Of a DNA stretch of 42,584 bases, positions 1 to 9,262 are shown one piece after another. The notes beneath the pieces were generated by a model, which saw only the letters and a list, made by a program, of their open reading frames with translations, was not told where the DNA came from and made no database searches. Both the position numbers and the translations under genes were made by a program. The stretch is from a bacterium. GTDB lineage: Bacteria; DUMJ01. Each line of letters opens with the position of its first letter. Position 1 is the stretch's first letter. Where the stretch lies: positions 1 through 42,584 of the forward strand of contig JBMFMV010000007.1 of NCBI GenBank assembly GCA_049970495.1, given 5' to 3'.

Positions 1-1099
1 CTATATACCCACTAGCCTTACAAACCTCAATAGTAAAGTACCCTTTCCTGTTTACTAGTATGAGTATCTGTTTTTTTCTAGCTAGAGATACCTTGCAATG
101 ATGTATAAGTTCTCTACTTAGGAATCCTCTTTTTCCTTTCATATTTACCAATCTTATGTTACTTAAATCTTTTGTTTCTTCATCGGTAAGAATATTTATC
201 TTATTCTCTATTACGTATCTGTAAGTTTCTAGTGTAGGTGTGCTACTTCCAAGTATGATTTTGCTTCCTAATAACTCCTGAATCTTATAGGCTACTGTCC
301 TAGCATCATAGAGAGGTCTACTTTCGTCTTTATAACTATCACTTTCTTCTCCATCGATAATTATTAGCCCTAAATTCCTTAGAGGAGCGAATATAGCAGA
401 TCTAGTCCCTAGAACTATCTTAGCTTCTCCATTTCTTATCCGCCACCATTCTTCATTTTTTACTGCTGGACTTTGTCCACTATATATTAATGCAATGTCT
501 TCATTATACACCTCTCTAAACTTATCCTTCACAGCTAGAAGAATATCTAGCTCGGGGAATAATACAACTACTCTCCTATCTTCTGTTATTTCTCTTTTTA
601 TAAACTCAAGATAGACGCTAAGTCTTTTTTCAAGAGGAAGTTTTATAAGAAGAGTTTTAAAGGCTTCCAGAGGGGGAGAACTATAAATGGATAGATTTAT
701 ATAACTTGAATAACTCTTTTCCTTTTTCTTTTTTCTTGCCTTAGGGATTTTAACTTTTAAGGTACCATTACAGGTAGCAACATCTATATTTCGTATTTCT
801 GGAGGAATTACAGTAGCTAAAGCTTGAGATAGATTACACATATAGTAGTCTGAAATCCAGTATGCCAAATCTAAAAGATATGGTAAAACTAACGGTATTT
901 TAAATATTCTGCCCAAGACTTCAAAATGGTCTTGGGCAGAAACATCTCTGTTTTCTCTTATTACATAGCCCCTGGCTAAATGTCCTTTTAATGGGACTGC
1001 TACATAGTCTCCTATCTGTAATTCTTCTTCTGAAGAATAAGAGAAAATTAAATCTTTTGGGGCATTTCTATCTATAAGAACATCATATATTAAAAGCAT
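1..1099 (-). CDS. priA: Primosomal protein N' (PriA), partial (runs off the left edge); helicase motifs degenerate
   Basis: Not in the ORF track. Manual translation from ATG 1099 is open to the window edge: [21 protein letters not shown]...IGDYVAVPL...[11 protein letters not shown]...VLFPEL...[25 protein letters not shown]...[10 protein letters not shown]...LVNRKGY. The metK-priA order is typical. Confidence 0.9.
   Translation of the reverse strand, partial: MLLIYDVLIDRNAPKDLIFSYSSEEELQIGDYVAVPLKGHLARGYVIRENRDVSAQDHFEVLGRIFKIPLVLPYLLDLAYWISDYYMCNLSQALATVIPPEIRNIDVATCNGTLKVKIPKARKKKKEKSYSSYINLSIYSSPPLEAFKTLLIKLPLEKRLSVYLEFIKREITEDRRVVVLFPELDILLAVKDKFREVYNEDIALIYSGQSPAVKNEEWWRIRNGEAKIVLGTRSAIFAPLRNLGLIIIDGEESDSYKDESRPLYDARTVAYKIQELLGSKIILGSSTPTLETYRYVIENKINILTDEETKDLSNIRLVNMKGKRGFLSRELIHHCKVSLARKKQILILVNRKGYFTIEVCKASGYI
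907..941. repeat. Perfect 13-bp inverted repeat with 9-nt spacer inside priA
   Basis: ttctgcccaagac (907-919), ttcaaaatg, gtcttgggcagaa (929-941). Confidence 0.9.
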
Positions 1100-2258
1100 T
1101 CCTCAGTTCATCTACTTTGTCGAGACTTTCCCAAGGTAGGTTTAGGTCTATCCTCCCAAAGTGACCATAGGCTGCTAGTTTTTTATAGATAGGTCTTCTG
1201 AGATTAAAATTTTCTATTATACTCTTTGGTCTAAAATCAAAGAGTTCTCTTACTACCTTGTTAAGTTTCTCTGGATCTACTTTCTCTGTATTAAAAGTCT
1301 CTACATAAAGAGAAATTGGTTCACTTACCCCTATTACATAGGCTACCTGCACTTCACACTTGTCTGCCAGCCCACTAGCTACTATATTCTTGGCTGTATA
1401 TCTAGCCATATAGGCAGCGGATCTATCAACTTTGGTAGGGTCCTTACCAGAGAAACAACCTCCTCCATGTCTAGCCATTCCTCCATAAGTATCCACTATA
1501 ATCTTTCGACCAGTAAGACCAGCATCTCCAGCAGGTCCTCCTATTACAAATCTGCCGGTAGCGTTTATATAATACTTTGTATCTTTATCCAACCATTCTT
1601 TAGGAATCACATACTTTATTACATATTCTATTATCTCTTCTTTAAGTCTATTCATGTCCACATCTGGATCGTGCTGAGCAGCAATAACTACCCTGTCTAC
1701 TTTTACCGGTGTATCTCCATCATAGACTACTGTAACTTGAGTTTTCCCATCAGGCCTTAGGTATGGAAGAAAACCAGATTTTCTTACCTCCGCTAACCTA
1801 TATGCTAGGCGATGAGCTAATATTATAGGTGTAGGCATGTACGAGGCGCTCTCCATAACATTCATAGCTTCATTAGTTGCATAACCGAACATAAGTCCCT
1901 GGTCTCCAGCACCAATATCTTCATCCTTTATAACGCCCATAGCTATGTCTGGAGACTGCTCCTTGAGGGATACGAGTATACCACAACTATCTGCATCAAG
2001 CCCATAAGAAGCATCAGTATATCCTATTTCTCTTACGGTATCTCTTATTACTTTATTTATATCTATCATCGCCCTACTAGATATCTCTCCTGTTACATGA
2101 ATTAACCCAAGAGTAGTCAAGGTTTCACAAGCAACTCTAGACTCAGGATCTTTTTCTAAATAGCTATCCAAGATAGCATCTGAAATCTGATCAGCTATTT
2201 TATCCGGATGCCCTTCGGTTACTGATTCTGCATTAAAGTATTTGATATATCTCTTCAC
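1083..2258 (-). CDS. metK: S-adenosylmethionine synthetase
   Basis: [38 protein letters not shown] and YGHFGR motifs; GTG start with GGAGGTG Shine-Dalgarno (SD). Confidence 0.98.
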   Translation of the reverse strand: MKRYIKYFNAESVTEGHPDKIADQISDAILDSYLEKDPESRVACETLTTLGLIHVTGEISSRAMIDINKVIRDTVREIGYTDASYGLDADSCGILVSLKEQSPDIAMGVIKDEDIGAGDQGLMFGYATNEAMNVMESASYMPTPIILAHRLAYRLAEVRKSGFLPYLRPDGKTQVTVVYDGDTPVKVDRVVIAAQHDPDVDMNRLKEEIIEYVIKYVIPKEWLDKDTKYYINATGRFVIGGPAGDAGLTGRKIIVDTYGGMARHGGGCFSGKDPTKVDRSAAYMARYTAKNIVASGLADKCEVQVAYVIGVSEPISLYVETFNTEKVDPEKLNKVVRELFDFRPKSIIENFNLRRPIYKKLAAYGHFGRIDLNLPWESLDKVDELRNAFNI

Positions 2259-2271
2259 TTGTACACCTCCA

Positions 2272-3045
2272 TTATCCTACTGCTGCACTGCTGCCTAAAT
2301 AGGCTTCTAATACCTCTGGTTTAGTCTTTATCTCGTCAGGGGTTCCTTCTGCTATAATCTCTCCATAATTTAGTACTACTACTCTCTCACATATATTCAT
2401 TACTACCTTCATATCATGTTCTATTAGGATGATAGTTAAATCTAATTCATCTCTTAAGAATTTTATCATTTTCATTAATTCTTCTGTCTCTCTTGGATTC
2501 ATGCCTGCCGCTGGCTCATCTAATAATATTAACCTTGGCTCAGTAGCTATAGCTCTAGCTATTTCTAACTTTCTTTGATCCCCATATGGGAGATTCTTGG
2601 CTATTTCATCCTTTACTCCTTTAAGTCCTACTAATTCTAATGCATTAAGTGCCTTCTTTTCAATAGCTTTTTCTACTTTATAGAATAACGGAGTTCTTAG
2701 AAATGTATGTAGGTAAGGTATATTGAAGTGTAACTGTGCTGCAATCATCACATTGTCTAATACGGTTAGGTTAGAAAATAATCTTATATTTTGAAAAGTT
2801 CTTGATATTCCAAGTTTTGCTATATAACTTGGAGATTTACCAGTTATATCAATATTATTAAATGTAATCTTTCCCTTTATTGGGATATGAAAGCCAGTAA
2901 TTACATTAAAGACTGTTGTCTTTCCTGCTCCATTTGGTCCTATTAGACCCAATAATTCCTTATCACCTACTACAAGGTCAAAGTTTGATACCGCTAAAAG
3001 TCCACCAAAAGCTACAGTAACATCTTCTAGTTTTAGGAGACTCAT
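2272..3045 (-). CDS. livG: Branched-chain amino acid ABC transporter ATPase (LivG-type)
   Basis: [50 protein letters not shown]. Confidence 0.93.
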   Translation of the reverse strand: MSLLKLEDVTVAFGGLLAVSNFDLVVGDKELLGLIGPNGAGKTTVFNVITGFHIPIKGKITFNNIDITGKSPSYIAKLGISRTFQNIRLFSNLTVLDNVMIAAQLHFNIPYLHTFLRTPLFYKVEKAIEKKALNALELVGLKGVKDEIAKNLPYGDQRKLEIARAIATEPRLILLDEPAAGMNPRETEELMKMIKFLRDELDLTIILIEHDMKVVMNICERVVVLNYGEIIAEGTPDEIKTKPEVLEAYLGSSAAVG

Positions 3046-3974
3046 TGTTCTCTGACTTTCCTCCTATAACTTCCTAAAAGTCCTTGGGGCCTTAATAGCA
3101 TTGTTAAGATGAGAAGAAGAGAATATATCACCATGCGGGGATCTACTGTAGTGTTGAATATCACCTTTACATATCTAAGAATTTCAGGTAAAAAGGTAAG
3201 AAGAATTGCAGAAATAGTCACTCCACTAATACTTCCTAATCCACCTAAAACTATCATTACTAAAACTTCTACTGATTTCATGAAAGTAAAGGAGCTGGGA
3301 TGTAGAAACTGAAGATAATGTGCCCATAATCCTCCTGCGATACCTGCCCAAAATGCTCCAAAGATAAAGGCAAAGATCTTAAATTGGGTTGTATTTATCC
3401 CCATAGCCTCAGAGGCTATCTCATCCTCTCTTATGGAAAGGATAGCCCTACCTTGGGGACTCTTTAATAGGTTATAGGAACTCACTAACACCAACAAAAC
3501 CACTAAATATACCCAGAAGAAATTTGTATATTTAGGTATACCCGGAAATCCTCTAGCACCACCAACAATATCAAGATTAAATAGTATTACTCGTATTATC
3601 TCTCCCATTCCTAATGTGGCTATAGCTAAGTAATCTCCTCTTAACCGCAATGTTGGTATACCTACACCAAGTCCTATTAGACCAGCCAATATACCACCAC
3701 AGACAAGGGTCAAAGAGAATGGTACTCTGTAATAAAAGGTTAGAAAGGAAGAAAAATAAGCTCCTACCGCCATAAACCCTGCGTGACCTAGAGAAAATTG
3801 GCCACATAATCCGTTGATTACATTTAGACTTACTGCTAGTATAATGTTTATGCCAGCAAATATAATTATTTGGAAGTAATAAGGATTAATATAAGGGGAT
3901 ACGAGATTGATTAGATAAATAGCTAATACCCCTAATATAAACAGAAGATACCTATAACTTGTTGTCTTTTCCAT
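3042..3974 (-). CDS. livM: Branched-chain amino acid ABC transporter permease
   Basis: Hydrophobic; GQFSLGHAGF, LRLRGDYLAIATLG, IREDEIA, VLGGLGS. Confidence 0.93.
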   Translation of the reverse strand: MEKTTSYRYLLFILGVLAIYLINLVSPYINPYYFQIIIFAGINIILAVSLNVINGLCGQFSLGHAGFMAVGAYFSSFLTFYYRVPFSLTLVCGGILAGLIGLGVGIPTLRLRGDYLAIATLGMGEIIRVILFNLDIVGGARGFPGIPKYTNFFWVYLVVLLVLVSSYNLLKSPQGRAILSIREDEIASEAMGINTTQFKIFAFIFGAFWAGIAGGLWAHYLQFLHPSSFTFMKSVEVLVMIVLGGLGSISGVTISAILLTFLPEILRYVKVIFNTTVDPRMVIYSLLLILTMLLRPQGLLGSYRRKVREQ

Positions 3975-4883
3975 TTATACCTTCTCCCTAGTAGCAGTAC
4001 CGAATATCCCAGATGGTTTTACAAGGAGTATAATAATAAGGATGGCGAAGGCTATTGCATCTCTATAAGACGAAGCTATAAAAGCAGAGACAAGTATCTC
4101 TGCTATACCTAATATAAAGCCACCCACCATAGCTCCAGGTATTATACCTATTCCCCCAAGAACTGCTGCCACAAAAGCCTTTACTCCAGGCATAACCCCC
4201 ATAAGTGGGTCTATTCTATTGAAATATATCCCTACCAAGACTCCACCAGCTGCAGCCAACATTGAACCTATAGCAAATGTAAAAGATATTACGTAATCTA
4301 TATTTACTCCCATCATCCAAGCGGTTTCCCTGTCAAATGAGACTGCTCTCATTGCCATTCCAATTTTGGTTCTGTTAACTATAAACTGTAAAACTATCAT
4401 AAGGGCGATAGAAACAGAAATGATAACTATCTGTCTATTATTTATTATTATCCCGAACCTTTCATATATACCCTGATATATCTTCAGAGGCATTATCTGA
4501 GGGAATGGTCTTGGAGTAGGACTCCAAAAGATAACCCCAAGATTTTCTAAAAGAAAAGAGACTCCAATAGCGGTTGTCAATGCTGCTATACGTGGAGCAT
4601 TACGGATTCGCAATGGCCTATAGGCAAATTTTTCAATACTCATTCCCAGTACAGCACACAGTAGCATAGCGAAGAGAAAGGATGGAACTATACCCCATTT
4701 AAACGATACTATGGCAAAATAACCAGCATAAGCTCCAACCATATATATATCTCCATGTGCAAAATTTATAAGTCTAAGTATTCCATAAACCATAGTATAA
4801 CCTAGAGCTATAAGAGCATATATACTACCTAAAGCAATACCATTTATAAATTGTTGAAATATTTCAGTTATCATTTTTATCAC
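3975..4883 (-). CDS. livH: Branched-chain amino acid ABC transporter permease
   Basis: GSIYALIALGYTMVYG, INFAHG, KAFVAAVLGGIG; start may be ATG 4874. Confidence 0.93.
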   Translation of the reverse strand: MIKMITEIFQQFINGIALGSIYALIALGYTMVYGILRLINFAHGDIYMVGAYAGYFAIVSFKWGIVPSFLFAMLLCAVLGMSIEKFAYRPLRIRNAPRIAALTTAIGVSFLLENLGVIFWSPTPRPFPQIMPLKIYQGIYERFGIIINNRQIVIISVSIALMIVLQFIVNRTKIGMAMRAVSFDRETAWMMGVNIDYVISFTFAIGSMLAAAGGVLVGIYFNRIDPLMGVMPGVKAFVAAVLGGIGIIPGAMVGGFILGIAEILVSAFIASSYRDAIAFAILIIILLVKPSGIFGTATREKV

Positions 4884-4910
4884 TTAATTCTAGCATATAT
4901 TTTCATACAC

Positions 4911-4960
4911 AAAAAGGGGGAGAGGTTTTCTTTACTCATAGTTTTCCTCTCCCCTTCTTT
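4911..4960 (-). terminator. Intrinsic terminator or mRNA-stabilising hairpin after livK
   Basis: Minus strand GGGGAGAGG-N20-CCTCTCCCC followed by CTTTTT, between the binding-protein and permease genes. Confidence 0.7.
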
Positions 4961-4969
4961 TATTTACTA

Positions 4970-6118
4970 TTACTTCTTAGGAGGATTTACTGTAGTTTTG
5001 TAAACTTGATTACCATTACTGTCAAAGCCAACAATAACTGCACTTTTTTGGGGATTTCTGTTTTCATCAAGAGTGATTGTTCCAGTTACAAGTTTTAGGT
5101 TCTTCGTATTGGCTAGTGCATCTCTTATAGCGTCTCTATCTACCTTGCCTGCTCTCTTTATAGCATCTGCTAACATGTAAGCTGCGTCATAGCCCAAAGC
5201 TGCTAACATATCAGGGACTGCATTATATCTCTTCTTATAGTTAGCAACAAAAGTTTTTACCTGAGGAGCACTAGAACCGGCAAAGAAATGTCCACTGAAA
5301 TAGCAGTCTTTTAAGTTTTCCTTACCTGCAAGTTGCGCTAATTGAGGAGAATCAAATCCATCTCCTCCTAAGATTGGAACATTAATACCTAGTTCCCTAG
5401 CTTGTTTTATTATAAGTCCGGCGGTATCATAGTAGGAAGGCACATAGAGAATATCTGGATTCTTCCCCTTTATCTTGGTAAGCTGGGCACTAAAATCTTG
5501 GTCTCCAGAGCTGAATGACTCCTCTGCCACTATCTTCCCGCCAAGTTTTACAAAGGTCTCCTTAAAGTACTTTGCTAATCCTATACTGTAGTCACTAGTC
5601 TTTTCGTATAAAATAGCTGCAGTATTTACTCTTTTGCCTAGACCAGTCCTTGCAAATCTCGCCATTACTGTTCCCTGGAAATCATCAACAAAACAAGCTC
5701 TAAAGATGTAATTACCAACTTGTGTGACTCTAGGGTTGGTTGCAGTTGGAGACAAAAGAGGTACTTTACTCTGCTGAGCTATAGGAGCAGCTGCTAAGGT
5801 GTTACTAGATATTACAGGGCCTAATATAGCTACTACCTTGTCCTGTTCTATAAACTTACGTGCTATATTAGCAGATTCTTCTGCTTTTGCCTGATTATCT
5901 TCTACTAGTAGCTCTATCTTCATGCCGAGGACTCCACCTTTAGCATTTATCTCCTCTACCGCCATCCTTACCCCTTTTTCTACCGATTGACCAAATGTAG
6001 CTATGGGACCAGTTAAAGGAGCAATAAGCCCCACCTTTATGGTCTCTGCTCCATATCCTAAGCCGATTTCGCTAAGGATTAAACTAAACACTAATAGCAT
6101 CAAAAATACCCTCTTCAA
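4970..6118 (-). CDS. livK: Branched-chain amino acid ABC substrate-binding protein (LivK/LivJ family)
   Basis: Signal-like N-terminus, IKVGLIAPLTG, FRACFVDDFQG, GDQDFSAQLTKI, ALGYDA. TTG 6118 preferred over 6133 because GGAGGTGA precedes it. Confidence 0.92.
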   Translation of the reverse strand: MKRVFLMLLVFSLILSEIGLGYGAETIKVGLIAPLTGPIATFGQSVEKGVRMAVEEINAKGGVLGMKIELLVEDNQAKAEESANIARKFIEQDKVVAILGPVISSNTLAAAPIAQQSKVPLLSPTATNPRVTQVGNYIFRACFVDDFQGTVMARFARTGLGKRVNTAAILYEKTSDYSIGLAKYFKETFVKLGGKIVAEESFSSGDQDFSAQLTKIKGKNPDILYVPSYYDTAGLIIKQARELGINVPILGGDGFDSPQLAQLAGKENLKDCYFSGHFFAGSSAPQVKTFVANYKKRYNAVPDMLAALGYDAAYMLADAIKRAGKVDRDAIRDALANTKNLKLVTGTITLDENRNPQKSAVIVGFDSNGNQVYKTTVNPPKK

Positions 6119-6154
6119 AGATATCACCTCCAAATAAGATTAATTTTGTTCTAT

Positions 6155-6183
6155 ATTCTACTAGAGCTTTATACTCTTGTCAA
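6155..6183 (-). promoter_or_regulatory. sigma70/sigmaA-type promoter for the liv-metK-priA transcript
   Basis: Minus strand TTGACA (6183-6178), 17-nt spacer, TAGAAT (6160-6155). Confidence 0.75.
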
Positions 6184-6189
6184 CAGCTA

Positions 6190-6198
6190 TGCTATAAT
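6190..6198 (+). promoter_or_regulatory. Extended -10 promoter for the 6244 ORF
   Basis: TGcTATAAT 45 nt upstream of the ATG; no clear -35. Confidence 0.55.
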
Positions 6199-6243
6199 AA
6201 AGATAAAATTTGAACCTTAATCTTACTTTGGAGGTGAGACTTT

Positions 6244-6447
6244 ATGAGTAAAATTCTAGTTATGCTAGGTGGTATAGTATGCCTTGTATTAGGGATATGG
6301 GGAATTTTTGTCTGGTGGAGTTATTTTATAAAGGGATTGATGGCTATTATTCCACCAGTTTTGATTATTTTAGGAGTAATACTGGCTATATTTGGGTATT
6401 CAGACCTGAAGAGTTCTATGGAAGAGAAAAGAGAAAAAAGGGAATGA
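6244..6447 (+). CDS. Small two-TM membrane protein, MamI-like pattern
   Basis: GGAGGTGA SD; two hydrophobic helices with LGxxGxxxWW...PxxLIIxG; charged tail. Confidence 0.8.
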   Translation: MSKILVMLGGIVCLVLGIWGIFVWWSYFIKGLMAIIPPVLIILGVILAIFGYSDLKSSMEEKREKRE

Positions 6448-6469
6448 GATAGAAATGATATCTGGCATA

Positions 6470-6478
6470 TGTTATAAT
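6470..6478 (+). promoter_or_regulatory. Extended -10 promoter upstream of the RAMP gene
   Basis: TGtTATAAT in the short intergenic region. Confidence 0.5.
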
Positions 6479-6523
6479 CTTCGATGTAAAACGATATTTT
6501 AATTATTGGAGGGAGAGACAAAG

Positions 6524-7411
6524 TTGGAGCTACATTGCATTTTAAAGTTTAAGAATCCTTGTCATATAGGATATGGTACTGGTGCTCAAGTAAGAGACTT
6601 TAGGAATAGACCATATATACCGAGTATTATATTAGCAGCTCAGATATATTCTGAAGCTTTAAGGTTTGCTATCCCTTTAAATAGACAGATATCTCCACCT
6701 AAGGTAAGCGATGGTATTACTCCTGAGGAGCCAAATATAGTAAAGATAAAGGGGCAAGAGTTTTTTAAAAATGATATACACTTTTTACTAGAGGTTGATG
6801 AAAGGGATTTAGACATATATCTAGCTGCCTTAAAATCCCTTCAAAATACTGGTATAGGAGCCAATACCTCTCAAGGGTTTGGCTATAATCAGATAATAAT
6901 TGTTAATCCTGATGGGATACCTAAAACTTTAAGGAATAGATTTTCAGAATTTTTTAAAGATGAGAAATTTTATAATCCCTCCTTAGTTCGTCTTATACAG
7001 AGTATCTTTAGTAAGATAAAGAGGAATTGGAGTAGCTGGAAGAGAGCTTATGCGAATATAGGGCCATTTAGAAGCAGGACATATTATAAAGTAAATGTCG
7101 ATAGGAAGATATCATCTAATATTTTTAGAAGTGAATTAAGAAAGAAACTTTTGGAAATAACCGGAATTAAGCATAAAGGGACTACTACTGTATGTAGCCC
7201 TGGAGACACACCTTGCAAAGTATGTAGGCTGATGGGTTATATGGGGGGTAAGTCTAAGATAATTGTCAGAAGCTTCTCCGGTAAACAGGGTCATTCAATA
7301 TATATCATAGGTGAAAATTTAACAGCTGAAGAGAAAGAACTTGTAGAAAAAGCTTTAGGAAGCAATTATCAATTGGTTTTGGAAGAGACTATAAAAGATT
7401 ATGTTGCCTAG
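6524..7411 (+). CDS. Stand-alone RAMP-superfamily (Cas7/Csm3-like) protein, probably two degenerate RAMP modules
   Basis: NPCHIGYG, VRD..RPYIP, G-rich loop GIGANTSQGFG; C-terminal H-x6-C-x6-CxxCRLMG..KSKIIV. TTG 6524 follows GGAGGGAG (ORF track starts at 6506). Confidence 0.75.
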   Translation: MELHCILKFKNPCHIGYGTGAQVRDFRNRPYIPSIILAAQIYSEALRFAIPLNRQISPPKVSDGITPEEPNIVKIKGQEFFKNDIHFLLEVDERDLDIYLAALKSLQNTGIGANTSQGFGYNQIIIVNPDGIPKTLRNRFSEFFKDEKFYNPSLVRLIQSIFSKIKRNWSSWKRAYANIGPFRSRTYYKVNVDRKISSNIFRSELRKKLLEITGIKHKGTTTVCSPGDTPCKVCRLMGYMGGKSKIIVRSFSGKQGHSIYIIGENLTAEEKELVEKALGSNYQLVLEETIKDYVA

Positions 7412-7433
7412 ATATTTTAAGGAGGAGATTTTT

Positions 7434-7994
7434 ATGGATATAGTTGTGAAGGGAAGAAATATAGAAGTAACTGAGGCTTTAGAAAGCTATATAGAGAAAA
7501 AGCTAAGTAGGATAAGTAGATTTTTTGATAGAATATCTGATGTTCAGGTAATGCTTAGTACTAGTAGTAGTAAAAGTTCAGGAGCTATTCAGAAGGTCGA
7601 AGTAACTGCAAAGATAGATGGCAAAATAATAAGGGCTCAGGAATCTACATCAGATATGTATGCTTCTATAGATTTAGTGGTAGATAAATTAGAAAGAAGA
7701 ATAAAGACCTTTAAAGGCAAGTTATTAGATAGAAACAGGATGAGAGTAAGTGAAAGAGAGGAAATAAGTGAAGAGGCCACTCAACTAGAAGAACCAGAAG
7801 AAGGAGCATTATCAGATAGAATCATAAGAAAAAAGAGGCTAACTATTACTCCAATGTCAGTAGAAGAGGCTTTGCTTCAGATGGAATTACTTGGACATGA
7901 CTTCTTTATTTTTATAAATGCAGACACGTCTGAGATAAACATTGTTTACTCTAGAAGAGAAGGGGGATATGGACTTATAGAGGTTACTTCATGA
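7434..7994 (+). CDS. hpf: Ribosome hibernation promoting factor, long form
   Basis: IVVKGRNIEVTEALESYIEKKL, DMYASIDLVVDKLERRI, C-terminal PMSVEEALLQMELLGHDFFIF..YGLIE; AAGGAGG SD before ATG 7434. Confidence 0.95.
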   Translation: MDIVVKGRNIEVTEALESYIEKKLSRISRFFDRISDVQVMLSTSSSKSSGAIQKVEVTAKIDGKIIRAQESTSDMYASIDLVVDKLERRIKTFKGKLLDRNRMRVSEREEISEEATQLEEPEEGALSDRIIRKKRLTITPMSVEEALLQMELLGHDFFIFINADTSEINIVYSRREGGYGLIEVTS

Positions 7995-9262
7995 GAAGGG
8001 AAGTAGATAGATTTATCTATATTCTCTTTCTTCTTGTTATTATACTGTTCATATACATTTTTAGATACTATTCCATTAGGGCAAACTTCTCTGATATTCT
8101 TATATTGTTTACTTTGGTTTTAATACTAGAAGCCTTTCCTGTTGAGATACCGGGTAGACAGATTGCAGTTTCTATGGGATTTATGGTGTCCTATGCAGGG
8201 ATATTACTATTTGGGGCTCCTATTGGAATACTTCTAAATGGTCTAGCTTCTATAAGTCCCGAAGAATTTAATTTTAAGTTACATGAGCCTAGGAGATTTG
8301 TATTTAATAGAGCTAATTTAGCGATATCTGCTGGTTTATCTGGCTTATTATACGAGGCTCTAAAAGGTCCTAGTCTTGAGTTTGGGGGGCGTTATTTTTT
8401 AGTAGCACTATTAGTTGCACTTACATATTGGTTTGTTAACGTTGCCCTTGTAAGTCTAGTGGTTGCAATTGATAAAGGGAGAAGTTTTATTAGAACTTGG
8501 ATCTATTATATTTCAAATATATCTATTATTACCTATCTCTTACAGTTTTTTCTAGCACTAGTAATAGCACAAAGCTACAAATTATTAGGTCCTATTGTTA
8601 TGCCCATTTATATAGTACCCATATTTATCGCTAGATATCTATTTATATTGGCTAGTGAGGTAAGTAGAACCTATGATCAAGCCATCTCTACTCTTATAAA
8701 ACTCTTGGGAATTTTTGATAGTTATACCAGCGGTCACTCTCTAAGAGTAGCGCAATTAGCTGAGGATATAGCTCGAGAGATGGGACTTAATGAGTCTAAA
8801 ATAGAAAAGATAAGGAATGCAGCGTTATTACACGATTTAGGTAAAATAGGACTTCCTATAAGCATATTAAATAAACCTAGTAGGCTTACTAATGAGGAAT
8901 GGCTTCAGATTTTTAGGCACCCTATAGTAGGAGAAGATATATCTAAGGAAGTTTCAAGATTCAAGGAAGTTCCACTTTGGATAAAGCATCATCATGAAAG
9001 GTATGATGGGGGTGGATATCCAGACGGTTTAAAAGGGGAAGATATTCCTCTGGAAAGTCGTATAATAGCTTGTGCAGATACCTTTGACGCTATGACTACC
9101 GATAGACCATATTCAAAAAGAAAAAGTATAGAAGAAGCTAAGGAGGAACTATTAAAGAGTGCAGGAAAGCAGTTAGACCCAAAAGTAGTTTCTGCCTTAA
9201 TTAGAGTTTTAGAGAAAAACTCTAGCCTTTATGAGGCTAACTTACAGATAAAAAAGGGCTAA
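7991..9262 (+). CDS. Membrane-anchored HD-GYP domain protein (putative c-di-GMP phosphodiesterase)
   Basis: About 220-aa multi-TM N-terminus; YTSGHSLRVA, LLHDLGK, HHERYDGGGYPDGL, ADTFDAMTTDRPY. Confidence 0.9.
   Translation: MRREVDRFIYILFLLVIILFIYIFRYYSIRANFSDILILFTLVLILEAFPVEIPGRQIAVSMGFMVSYAGILLFGAPIGILLNGLASISPEEFNFKLHEPRRFVFNRANLAISAGLSGLLYEALKGPSLEFGGRYFLVALLVALTYWFVNVALVSLVVAIDKGRSFIRTWIYYISNISIITYLLQFFLALVIAQSYKLLGPIVMPIYIVPIFIARYLFILASEVSRTYDQAISTLIKLLGIFDSYTSGHSLRVAQLAEDIAREMGLNESKIEKIRNAALLHDLGKIGLPISILNKPSRLTNEEWLQIFRHPIVGEDISKEVSRFKEVPLWIKHHHERYDGGGYPDGLKGEDIPLESRIIACADTFDAMTTDRPYSKRKSIEEAKEELLKSAGKQLDPKVVSALIRVLEKNSSLYEANLQIKKG

Noticed and set aside
1835..1875. Short insertion in MetK ([14 protein letters not shown])
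   Set aside because: A few extra residues in a variable loop with catalytic motifs intact; no intein or intron features.
2259..2271. SAM (S-box) riboswitch upstream of metK
   Set aside because: Only 13 intergenic nt, occupied by the SD.
7991..9262. HD protein as a Cas3/Cas10 HD nuclease partner of the RAMP
   Set aside because: It has a clear HHExxDGxGYP HD-GYP signature and a membrane domain; no helicase or Palm domain.
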